Origin: Gemmatimonadaceae bacterium
GTDB lineage: Bacteria; Gemmatimonadota; Gemmatimonadetes; Gemmatimonadales; Gemmatimonadaceae
DNA length: 64,000 nt
Direction: 5' to 3'
Assembly: GCA_045803545.1 (NCBI GenBank)
Contig: JBJMOW010000005.1
Coordinates: forward strand, 672,001 to 736,000
Part shown: one piece after another, positions 1 to 8,622 of the stretch
Layout: each line of letters opens with the position of its first letter
How positions within the stretch are numbered: position 1 is the first letter of the stretch
Translations under genes and position numbers: made by a program
The notes under the pieces: model-generated
The model's database searches: none
Seen by the model: only the letters and a program-made list of their open reading frames with translations
Told to the model about the DNA's origin: nothing

Positions 1-135
1 AATCGGACTCCGGCATCAGCTGCGACCACAGATGGTTTTTTCGAGTGCGGTCGGTCGGCATTTCAGAGGAGCCGGGTTCTCGACGTTCCTGACACTCGGT
101 CTCACTCTGGACCGCGCGCTGCAACCGTAACTGCA

Positions 136-1164
136 ATGATTCGCCGCCGCTGGCTGTTTGGTCGTAGCGTCGCTTGCGTATCTATCGCGCTGTCGGTCGG
201 TTCCTGCGCGACGTCAGGCGGCGGCACAACGCCGGAGTCATTCTACGATCAGACCTATCTGTGGTCTTCCCATAACTGGGCGTTCCGTCAGCGTTTTCCA
301 CGCGTCGACGCTCTGTTCAATGCCTTCGACTACGGTCACGCCAAGTTGTACGAGACGCTCTGGAGAAGTCCAGAAGCCCAACGAGCTGTCCTGGACCAGC
401 ATGAGTTCCAATTCATCACGCGAAATCTGCTGCGCCACCCGCCGAGCGTAGCGCTCGATGAAGCCGCGATCGCCCCGCAGTGGGAGAAGCTGGCTCCCGA
501 ATTAGCAGCGATGTTCGAGTGGGCTCACATGCTCCATCGCCAGATCTACGACGTGTGGGCCGATGACCGCATTCCGGAATCAGCGAAGGATGCGAAAGTG
601 GCCGAGCTCGTTCGGTACTACGAATCACGTCGGTCTCTCGCTTTCAGCACCAAGCCGAAAAACATGAACCTGATGGAAGGCCAGTCTTATTCGCTCTCTT
701 TCCGGAAACGATTCCCGACTTACAACGGGCTCATTTGGTCGTACCATTGGCTGCAGATGACGCTCTATGAGGCACTGCTCGCGTCACACAATCCTGGTGA
801 GCGGCAGCAGAATGTCGATGGGGTAGTCGCCAGATTCTGGGCGCTGATCGACAGCGCTCCGCGAAGTCTGCCGACAGTGATGCCGCAATCGCCAGCGATT
901 GCACCGCGTTTTTCCGATCGCTATCCGGAAGCGGCTATCATCTTCGACAACTTGCACTCACTGCACGATGTCGTGTCCGACATCCTCGTCGACCCGGCGA
1001 TTCCCCGGCGCGACAAGCGGCGTCGCCTCCTGGACGCCGCTGCGGCCTATCGCGATGATGTGTCCTCAGTTGTGACCGTCGGCGACTGGAAAGCGATGGC
1101 CGACGCGATGGGGCTCGCCAATATGGGCGGCCCCGCGCCGATCACGTCCGACGCGCGGCGTTGA
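136..1164 (+). CDS. Hypothetical lipoprotein with four internal His-bearing helical repeats (putative metal-binding)
   Basis: 342-aa ORF; signal peptide ending VGSC; repeated motifs DYGH/HMLH/HWLQ/HSLH; 3' end overlaps the convergent permease by 23 nt. Confidence 0.7.
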   Translation: MIRRRWLFGRSVACVSIALSVGSCATSGGGTTPESFYDQTYLWSSHNWAFRQRFPRVDALFNAFDYGHAKLYETLWRSPEAQRAVLDQHEFQFITRNLLRHPPSVALDEAAIAPQWEKLAPELAAMFEWAHMLHRQIYDVWADDRIPESAKDAKVAELVRYYESRRSLAFSTKPKNMNLMEGQSYSLSFRKRFPTYNGLIWSYHWLQMTLYEALLASHNPGERQQNVDGVVARFWALIDSAPRSLPTVMPQSPAIAPRFSDRYPEAAIIFDNLHSLHDVVSDILVDPAIPRRDKRRRLLDAAAAYRDDVSSVVTVGDWKAMADAMGLANMGGPAPITSDARR

Positions 1165-1975
1165 TTCCGCCGACGATCGCCAATAACAAGCCCGCCGCCA
1201 CCACGATCGCCGCGCCGGTTGGCAAATCCATTTTGTACGACGCCCACAGGCCAGCCACGCTCGCGATCGCCGCAATCGCCCACCCGATGATGAGCCGATT
1301 TCTCCATTCGGCGGAAAGAATTGTCGCGCAAACCGCCGGCACGATCAGGTAAGCAAAAGTGAGCAACACCCCACCGAGCCGAACGAAGCTGACCACTACC
1401 AGCGCGAACGCGGCGTAGAATAGAAAATCCCACAGCCGAACGCTTACTCCTTCGGCGAACGCTCTTTCGGGATCGGAGGAAATGAGCACAAAGCGCTTGT
1501 GAAACGCGCCATAGAACGCGCCGAGCGCCGCGAACACCAGCACTCTCTGCCCGACCTCACCCTTGGTGACGTTGAGGATGTCGCCGGTGAGGAGGTGCTC
1601 AAGCTCCTCCTTACCACCGGCAACGCGGCTGAGCAGAAGAATCACCGCCGCCGCAGCCACGACGAAGGTGATCCCGATGATCGCCTCCTGTGGAACAGCC
1701 TGCCTCGTCCTGCTGCGCGTCCAGCTGAAAAACGCCGCGCCGAGGAAAGTGACGCCAAGTGAGATCCAGAATGTGATTCGATCCTCGAAGTGATATCCCA
1801 TCAGCAGCGCAACGCAGGTTCCGAGCGTTGCGACCTGTGCCAGTGCAAGATCGACGAAGATTACTTCGCGTTTGACGACGTGCAGTCCGAGATAGACGAG
1901 CAGCGGAGGGAACAACAGGGAGGCCACGAGTGGCCACTTCATGACCTCCCACGCCAGCCCGAAATCGCTGCTCAT
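1142..1975 (-). CDS. Metal (Zn/Mn/Fe-type) ABC transporter permease, ZnuB/MntB family
   Basis: Highly hydrophobic; motifs 'FVDLALAQVA', 'LLTGDIL', 'GGVLLTFAYLIVPA', 'DLPTGAAIV'; 4-nt overlap with the SBP gene. Confidence 0.88.
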   Translation of the reverse strand: MSSDFGLAWEVMKWPLVASLLFPPLLVYLGLHVVKREVIFVDLALAQVATLGTCVALLMGYHFEDRITFWISLGVTFLGAAFFSWTRSRTRQAVPQEAIIGITFVVAAAAVILLLSRVAGGKEELEHLLTGDILNVTKGEVGQRVLVFAALGAFYGAFHKRFVLISSDPERAFAEGVSVRLWDFLFYAAFALVVVSFVRLGGVLLTFAYLIVPAVCATILSAEWRNRLIIGWAIAAIASVAGLWASYKMDLPTGAAIVVAAGLLLAIVGGINAARRT

Positions 1976-2898
1976 TTCGCGCCTCCAAGCGCGGCCGCGA
2001 TTGACCGCACGAGGTTATCCATGTTGTCGAAGTAACTGGACGTGTTGCTCGCTGCACCCGGCTGCTGCGGCGCATCGATCACCGTTGCTCCGGTCTGGCG
2101 AGCGACGGTCTCAGCGGTTTTACGGTTCTGGAATGGTTGGACCAGAATGATCTTGGCGTTGTTGCGTTTCATTTCGCCGATTACCTGAGCAAGGTGCGCC
2201 GGAGACGGTGAGATGCCCGGCTTCGGCTCGAGCTCGTCGACAATCGACAATCCGAAACGCTGCGCGAAGTAGACGAAGTCGCGGTGGTACGTAACGATCT
2301 TCGCACCGCGATATGGAGCGAGCTGCTTCTGCCAGTCGGCGAGCTTGGCGTCGATCCGCGAATTGAACCTGGCGAGGTTCGCGTTGTAGGTTCCCGCATT
2401 TTTTGGATCCAGTGCGGCAAAGTGGATCGCGATGTTACGCGCGACGATTTTTGCGGCAGCCGGATCGATCATGAAATGCGGATTGCCGAGCGAGTGAATA
2501 TCGCCTTTCGATCTGTCGAAACTGGTCGGAATCTCGAGGAGTCTGATCCCTTCGGACGCGACAATGCGTCCCGGCGCACCAGCCGCGACCTTTGAGTTGC
2601 GCGAGTTCTCCAGCAGCGGCGGAAGCCAGCCCAGTTCGAGCTCAGCGCCGCCTTCAACCAGTGCATCCGCGCGATTCAGCGTGACGATGAAGCTTGGCTT
2701 CGCGTCGACGAAGTGCGGATCCTCGGTTGGCTTGGCCAATGCGACGACGTTGACGCGATCGCCGCCGATCTCGCGCGCCACTGACGCGAGGTCCGGAGTT
2801 GTTGCGACGACTTTGAGTTGCGCGGTTGCCTGTGCGCTCACGAACGAGATCGCGCCCAGGCTCAGCGCTGCCATTCTATTTATCATTTTCGTTTTCAT
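1972..2898 (-). CDS. Metal ABC transporter substrate-binding protein (ZnuA/TroA cluster A-I)
   Basis: Signal peptide then 'LKVVATTPDLASVAREIGGD', 'EDPHF', 'GNPHF', 'TYH', 'EPKPGISPSPAHL'; start moved to ATG 2898 (MKTK). Confidence 0.9.
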   Translation of the reverse strand: MKTKMINRMAALSLGAISFVSAQATAQLKVVATTPDLASVAREIGGDRVNVVALAKPTEDPHFVDAKPSFIVTLNRADALVEGGAELELGWLPPLLENSRNSKVAAGAPGRIVASEGIRLLEIPTSFDRSKGDIHSLGNPHFMIDPAAAKIVARNIAIHFAALDPKNAGTYNANLARFNSRIDAKLADWQKQLAPYRGAKIVTYHRDFVYFAQRFGLSIVDELEPKPGISPSPAHLAQVIGEMKRNNAKIILVQPFQNRKTAETVARQTGATVIDAPQQPGAASNTSSYFDNMDNLVRSIAAALGGAK

Positions 2899-2911
2899 GT
2901 TGGTTGATGGA

Positions 2912-4258
2912 TTAGAACTTGTGTGCAGCATGGGCGCCGATCAGGAACTGAAGCTGCACCCACAGTGAATGATCGGTGCCAACTGCCTTGCGATTGTCAT
3001 AGTTGTACTGGACGCCGATTCTGGAAAACTCGGTGGGGTACCAGGTGAGGTTCGGAGACCAGCGGGTTTGATCCCCGCGCAAATCCGTTGCGAATGAGCC
3101 GGGGTCGCCGTGCTCGAATTCGCCGCGAAGCCCGGCAACAATGCGCGGTTTGATACCCCACAGCACCTGCGCATATCCGCCGCGATCCTTCAACACTTCA
3201 CTGGGCAGTGTGACAAAGAGCTCGTCTTGCTCCAGGCGTTGCGCCGCATCGTAGCGCCGCCACATCGCCTCGGTTTGCAGCGACAGGAAAGGAAACCCCG
3301 CCTGCGCGTTGGCCGCTTTCCACTTCCAATAGAGATCGGCTCCGTAGATCTGAGTTTTCGCCGCAGGCCCGGAATTATTGGGCCCGAACGCTCCGGATAC
3401 GCCAAGCACCACGGTTTGCGTTTCGGTCAAATCGAACGAGGTATTGATTCTCGGAACGATCAATAAATCCGCGAATCCATTGCTCACCGGTCGATCATCG
3501 ATGACACCTCCATGAATTTCCGATGACTCAGGCGAGCGAAAACTCGACGTGGTCCCACCCGTCGCATTCATGACGGCGACCAGCGCCTCGGTATAAAACG
3601 GTGTCGGCAGCAACCATGACAGACGCACGCCCTGGCTGCGCAATCCGTCCGGTCCGAACATTCGTGTCAGCACCAGCGGCGCATCGATGAACGCCCACGA
3701 GTGCGGATGCTGCGGGTTCTGGCGGCCAAACTCGGCGAAGAACTGCCCGAACTTGAGCTGAAGGTTCCACGGCAATGATGTCGTCAGACCGTAAGCTTCT
3801 TCGAGCTCGATACCACTTTCGCCGGCGGAATCGATCTTGAGAACGATATTGCTGAAGCCTTTGAAGTACGGATCCACGTTCCCGTCGAGCGAAATCTCGG
3901 CGTTGGGAATCGTGAAGCCGTTGACCTTCGGATCGTGATCGCCGCGCTCGATTGCGCCGATGTCATGAGCCGTCGACCAGCCGGCATCCGTCAGGGCGAC
4001 GAAACCGATATTCATGTAGCTACCCGTCGCAACCGGACCCTGCGCGGGCGCAGCAGCCGCGGATGTATCGGCGTTTTGCGCTCCGAGCTCCTTTTCGAGC
4101 TGCTTGACGAGCGCGATAGAATCAGCACGCGCGATGCTATCAGCGCGCGCGATCGAGTCCTGCTTTGATTTTGACGCTGGTATTTGTGCGTTGCTCCGTG
4201 CCGGCAAGCCTACGCAGACCAGAAGCGCGAGCGCGCTGAATGTCTGCCTGATGTACAT
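2912..4258 (-). CDS. Outer-membrane beta-barrel protein of the metal-uptake operon
   Basis: Signal peptide; amphipathic strands; His motifs 'GDHDP', 'NPQHPHSW'; C-terminal 'GAHAAHKF' ending in Phe; SD AAAGGAGG upstream. Confidence 0.75.
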   Translation of the reverse strand: MYIRQTFSALALLVCVGLPARSNAQIPASKSKQDSIARADSIARADSIALVKQLEKELGAQNADTSAAAAPAQGPVATGSYMNIGFVALTDAGWSTAHDIGAIERGDHDPKVNGFTIPNAEISLDGNVDPYFKGFSNIVLKIDSAGESGIELEEAYGLTTSLPWNLQLKFGQFFAEFGRQNPQHPHSWAFIDAPLVLTRMFGPDGLRSQGVRLSWLLPTPFYTEALVAVMNATGGTTSSFRSPESSEIHGGVIDDRPVSNGFADLLIVPRINTSFDLTETQTVVLGVSGAFGPNNSGPAAKTQIYGADLYWKWKAANAQAGFPFLSLQTEAMWRRYDAAQRLEQDELFVTLPSEVLKDRGGYAQVLWGIKPRIVAGLRGEFEHGDPGSFATDLRGDQTRWSPNLTWYPTEFSRIGVQYNYDNRKAVGTDHSLWVQLQFLIGAHAAHKF

Positions 4259-4261
4259 GTT

Positions 4262-4317
4262 CCTCCTTTAAGAAGTGTGAGACTGACGACAGCCAGTTGA
4301 TCAGACTTCTTGGGAGG
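4262..4317 (-). promoter_or_regulatory. SD-sequestering mRNA hairpin between the RAPP leader and the OM-barrel gene
   Basis: mRNA: CCUCC-C-AAGAAGU-CUGAUCA-ACUGGC-UGUC-GUCAGU-CUCAC-ACUUCUU-AAA-GGAGG-AAC-AUG; CCUCC pairs with GGAGG, AAGAAGU with ACUUCUU, ACUGGC with GUCAGU. Confidence 0.7.
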
Positions 4318-4660
4318 GTGGGGCTCGGCAGGAGTTTGGTAGGAGTTGCGGGGCGGAAAGGCGCTCGAGCGCCAAGCGCGCGAGAGCGACGTGCCGAATC
4401 GCGAGAATAGCGAGCGGCGGCGGCGCGTGGCTGAACCCATTCTGCATCGACAGCAGCGCGCAGGACGCGCAAGCTGCGTCGTTGTGTCCGTGGTGCAGAT
4501 TGGTGCCGCTCTCTTCTGTATGGGATACAGCGCTGGTCTCATCGCGCGCCAATGTTAGCGCAGCGCTGACGATTCCCAGCTGGCCGATAACGACGAGGAG
4601 AACCGCGAGCAGGCGCCAACGCCTGTCGGACGATCTGTTGAAGAGGTAACCGCGCATCAT
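4301..4660 (-). CDS. DUF2946/CruR-like leader protein with TM segment, His cluster, CxxC and C-terminal RAPP arrest motif
   Basis: MMRGYLF...WRLLAVLLVVIGQLGIVSAALTLA...HHGHNDAACASC...CRAPPSQEV*; ends 42 nt before the OM-barrel start; start could be 4660 or 4657. Confidence 0.75.
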   Translation of the reverse strand: MMRGYLFNRSSDRRWRLLAVLLVVIGQLGIVSAALTLARDETSAVSHTEESGTNLHHGHNDAACASCALLSMQNGFSHAPPPLAILAIRHVALARLALERLSAPQLLPNSCRAPPSQEV

Positions 4661-4735
4661 TTCTGTAGTTAAAGTACCCGGGACAGGCCAAAAGGGTAGC
4701 ACTTGGATTGTGCGCATGGCATGTTTCCACGTTCC

Positions 4736-7000
4736 ATGAAGCGTGAAGATGCCCTCGACTACCACGCGTCCGGACGACCGGGCAAAATCGCGGTAGTACC
4801 CACTAAGCCTCTCAATAATCAGCGCGATCTCGCCCTCGCCTATTCACCCGGCGTCGCGCTTCCCTGCCTCGAGATCAAGGCCAACCCTGAAGACGCCTAC
4901 AAGTACACCGCCAGAGGAAATCTCGTCGCGGTCGTCACCAACGGCACGGCGGTCCTTGGGTTGGGCAACATCGGCGCCCTCGCGGGCAAGCCGGTGATGG
5001 AAGGCAAAGGCAACCTGTTCAAGCAGTTTGCCGATCTGGATGTCTTCGACCTCGAGGTCGGTTCCGAAAACCCTGACGACGTCATTCGGTTCTGCCAGTT
5101 GCTCGAGCCCACCGTCGGCGGAATCAATCTCGAAGACATTCGCGCGCCTGATTGTTTTTACATCGAGGAAACGCTGCGGAAGACGATGAAGATTCCCGTC
5201 TTCCACGACGATCAGCACGGCACCGCAATCATTTCCGGCGCGGCGCTCCTGAACGCACTTGAGATCGTCGGCAAGAAAATCGAGAAGATCAGAGTCGTTT
5301 TCTCGGGCGCCGGCGCAGCCGCGATCTCGACAGCCGAGCACTACGTCAGGCTCGGTGTTCCGCGTCAAAACATTCTCCTCACCGATCGACAAGGTGTGGT
5401 TTACGCTGGGCGAGCCGGTGAGGTGGATCCATACAAAGCGCGCTTCGCACACGAGACCAAAGCGCGCACCATCGCTGACGCGTTGGTTGGCGCAGACGTC
5501 TTCGTCGGACTCTCGGTCGCGGGCGCGATCACTGGCGAAATGGTCGCCAGGATGGCCAAGAAACCGATCGTGTTCGCGCTCGCCAATCCAGAGCCGGAGA
5601 TTCTCCCTGACCAGGTGAGGGCTGTGCGCAGTGACGCGATTATCGCCACGGGTCGCAGCGATTATTCCAACCAGGTCAACAACGTGCTCGGCTTCCCGTT
5701 CATCTTTCGCGGCGCTATCGACGCGCGGGCGACGCAGGTGAACGAGGAGATGAAGATGGCAGCGACGCGCGCGCTCGCCGCGCTTGCCAAGGAAGACGTA
5801 CCGGAAAGTGTGTCTCGCCTGTACGGGCTGCGCTCGGTGAAATTTGGGCCGGACTACCTGATTCCCTTCCCTTTCGATCCGCGGGTGCTGCTGTGGGTCG
5901 CTCCGGCAGTCGCCTGGGCTGCGGTCGCCAGCGGCGTGGCAAAGGAGATGATCGATCTCGAGAACTATCGCGAGCAGCTCGAGGCAAGGCTCGGCAGGGC
6001 ACGGGGAATCATGCGCGGGATTATCAATCGCGCGTGCGGCGACCCGAAGCGCATTGTTTTCCCCGAAGGCGAAGAACCGAAGATCATGCGCGCCGCGCGG
6101 CAGCTGATCGACGAAGGCATTGCATCGCCAATTTTGCTCGGACAGCGAGCTGTGATCGAGCGACTGGCCACCGACAACCACATCTCGCTGCGTGACATTG
6201 CCATCGTCGATCCTGCGACTTCCGAAAAGCGTGACAAGTACGCGGACTATTTGTGGCAGCGGCGGCAACGCAAAGGATTGAGCCACGGCGAAGCTCACCA
6301 ACTTCTGTTCAACACGAATTATTTCGGCTCGGTGATGGTCGCCTGCGGCGACGCTGACGCCCTGCTCTCAGGCGTCGGTATGCACTATCCGGAGACGATC
6401 CGCCCTGCGCTGCAGGTGATTGGCGCTCATCCCAAGGCGGAGATCGTCAGTGGTCTCTACATGCTCGTCTTCGAAAAGCACGTCATCTTTTGTGGAGATA
6501 CGACGGTCAACATCGATCCGACGGCCGAGCAGTTGGCACAGATAGCGTACTCCGCCGGTCGAATCGTTCGCACTTTTGGCATCGATCCCAAAATCGCGAT
6601 GCTGTCATTCTCCAACTTCGGATCGGTTCGGCATCCCGAAGCGGAAAAAGTCGCAAAAGCTGTCGCGATTCTGAGAAAGCGCGACCCGGCGATGATCGTC
6701 GATGGCGAGATGCAGGCGGATACCGCGATGGACGAGCAGATCCTCCGCACCGGGTATTCGTTCAGCGTGCTGAAGGAACGGGCAAACGTGTTGATTTTCC
6801 CCAATCTCAGCGCCGGGAACATCGCCTACAAGTTGTTGCACCATCTGGGCGGTGCGACGAAAATCGGGCCCATTCTGCTGGGTATGAATCTTCCCGTTCA
6901 CGTCCTGGAGCAAGGGGCCGATGTTCAGGACATCGTGAACATGGCCGCAGTCGCCGTCATCGACGCGCAGCAGCGGATGAGTGAGAGGAATCGTAGTTAA
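4736..7000 (+). CDS. maeB: NADP-dependent malic enzyme with phosphotransacetylase-like C-terminal domain
   Basis: 'LAYSPGVA', 'GKPVMEGK', 'FHDDQHGTA', 'GAGAAA', 'ALANP'; PTA-like 'MLSFSNFGS', 'DGEMQAD'; start set at ATG 4736 ([10 protein letters not shown]). Confidence 0.95.
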   Translation: MKREDALDYHASGRPGKIAVVPTKPLNNQRDLALAYSPGVALPCLEIKANPEDAYKYTARGNLVAVVTNGTAVLGLGNIGALAGKPVMEGKGNLFKQFADLDVFDLEVGSENPDDVIRFCQLLEPTVGGINLEDIRAPDCFYIEETLRKTMKIPVFHDDQHGTAIISGAALLNALEIVGKKIEKIRVVFSGAGAAAISTAEHYVRLGVPRQNILLTDRQGVVYAGRAGEVDPYKARFAHETKARTIADALVGADVFVGLSVAGAITGEMVARMAKKPIVFALANPEPEILPDQVRAVRSDAIIATGRSDYSNQVNNVLGFPFIFRGAIDARATQVNEEMKMAATRALAALAKEDVPESVSRLYGLRSVKFGPDYLIPFPFDPRVLLWVAPAVAWAAVASGVAKEMIDLENYREQLEARLGRARGIMRGIINRACGDPKRIVFPEGEEPKIMRAARQLIDEGIASPILLGQRAVIERLATDNHISLRDIAIVDPATSEKRDKYADYLWQRRQRKGLSHGEAHQLLFNTNYFGSVMVACGDADALLSGVGMHYPETIRPALQVIGAHPKAEIVSGLYMLVFEKHVIFCGDTTVNIDPTAEQLAQIAYSAGRIVRTFGIDPKIAMLSFSNFGSVRHPEAEKVAKAVAILRKRDPAMIVDGEMQADTAMDEQILRTGYSFSVLKERANVLIFPNLSAGNIAYKLLHHLGGATKIGPILLGMNLPVHVLEQGADVQDIVNMAAVAVIDAQQRMSERNRS

Positions 7001-8622
7001 TGGCCACTGAGATGAAACCGCAGCGGACGTCCGTTCGTCGCGAAAGCAGAATGGATCTTACCCGGCAGGGTTTGACCCCGCACGGGGTGGTCCATTGGAA
7101 TTTGATTGCGCCCGAGCTCTTTCAGGCGGCGGCCCGACGTAATGAAGGCGAATTTGCCGATATGGGGCCGTTCGTCGCCGTCACATCGCCTCACACCGGC
7201 CGCTCGCCAAACGACAAGTTCGTCGTCAAAGAGCCATCATCGGAAGAGGATGTCGACTGGGGAAAGGTGAATCAGCCGATGTCCGTCGACCAGTACAAGA
7301 CCCTTCTGGCCGACGTGCGACAGTATTTGAGCCGGCTCGACGAGCTGTTCGTGGAAGATCTTTACTGTGGCGCTGATCCCGCATACCGGTTGTCAGTGCG
7401 CTACATCTCGCCAAACGCGTGGCACATGGCGTTTGTGCGGAACATGTTCATTCGCCCTGAGCTGAGCGACCTGCCGACGTTCGATCCGAACTTTACCGTG
7501 CTGCACGCGCCTGAGTACCAGGCGGAGCCCGGTCGACATGGAACCAGAAGCAGCACTTTCATCGTTTTGAACATCGCCGAGCGGACGATTCTGATCGGCG
7601 GCACCCGTTACGCGGGTGAGCTCAAGAAGGCGATGTTCACGGTTATGAACTACCTGCTCCCAAAACAGGGTGTGTTTCCGATGCACTGCTCGGCGAACGT
7701 CGGCAAGGAAGGCGACACCGCGCTGTTCTTCGGCTTGTCGGGGACGGGCAAGACAACGTTGTCGGCCGACCCGCATCGCGGCCTGATCGGCGACGACGAA
7801 CACGGCTGGTCCTCTGACGGGATTTTCAATTTCGAGGGTGGCTGTTATGCGAAGGTGATCAACCTGTCGCCAGAGAGCGAACCCGACATTTATCGCACGA
7901 CGCAGATGTTCGGGACCGTGCTTGAAAACGTGGTACTCGATCCGGCGACCAAGAAAGTTCGATTCGCCGATCAGTCGATCACGGAAAACACCCGCGCGTC
8001 ATATCCACTCCACTACATTCGGAATTATGTCGAGGGCGGCCGGGGCGGTCATCCACGTAACGTCATCCTCCTCACTGCAGACGCATTCGGAGTGTTGCCG
8101 CCGATCGCGAAGCTGACTCCTCAGCAGGCGATGTACTTCTTTCTCTCGGGATACACGGCAAAAGTCGCCGGCACCGAGCGCGGGGTGAAGGAGCCGCAGC
8201 CAACTTTCAGCGCGTGCTTCGGCGCGGCCTTTCTCGTTTGGCCGGCGGTTAAATACGCGAAGATGCTCGGCCAGCTGCTCAAGGAGCATCAGTCGAATAC
8301 GTGGCTGATCAACACGGGCTGGACCGGTGGCCCTTACGGAAAGGGCAAGCGAATCAAGCTCAGTTACACTCGGACCATCGCCAAAGCTGCACTAGCCGGC
8401 GAACTGGATCAGGCCAAGACACGACAAGATTCCGTCTTCGGCCTCGCAGTCCCCGTGGAGATTCCCGGAGTGCCGGGAGACGTCTTGAACCCGCGCACAA
8501 CGTGGGCTGATCCGAATGCCTACGACGAGCACGCGAAAAAGTTGGCAATGATGTTCCGCGACAACTTCGCGAAGTTTGGAACCATTGACGCGCCGATCAG
8601 AAACGCTGGGCCAAAAGTCTGA
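7000..8622 (+). CDS. pckA: Phosphoenolpyruvate carboxykinase (ATP)
   Basis: 'TGRSPNDKF', 'YAGELKK', 'FFGLSGTGKTTLS', 'LIGDDEHGW', 'NFEGGCYAK'. Confidence 0.97.
   Translation: MATEMKPQRTSVRRESRMDLTRQGLTPHGVVHWNLIAPELFQAAARRNEGEFADMGPFVAVTSPHTGRSPNDKFVVKEPSSEEDVDWGKVNQPMSVDQYKTLLADVRQYLSRLDELFVEDLYCGADPAYRLSVRYISPNAWHMAFVRNMFIRPELSDLPTFDPNFTVLHAPEYQAEPGRHGTRSSTFIVLNIAERTILIGGTRYAGELKKAMFTVMNYLLPKQGVFPMHCSANVGKEGDTALFFGLSGTGKTTLSADPHRGLIGDDEHGWSSDGIFNFEGGCYAKVINLSPESEPDIYRTTQMFGTVLENVVLDPATKKVRFADQSITENTRASYPLHYIRNYVEGGRGGHPRNVILLTADAFGVLPPIAKLTPQQAMYFFLSGYTAKVAGTERGVKEPQPTFSACFGAAFLVWPAVKYAKMLGQLLKEHQSNTWLINTGWTGGPYGKGKRIKLSYTRTIAKAALAGELDQAKTRQDSVFGLAVPVEIPGVPGDVLNPRTTWADPNAYDEHAKKLAMMFRDNFAKFGTIDAPIRNAGPKV

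Noticed and set aside
1..61. Possible minus-strand gene start (MPTDRTRKNHLWSQLMPESD...) running off the window
   Set aside because: Only 20 codons are visible and there is no motif or SD support
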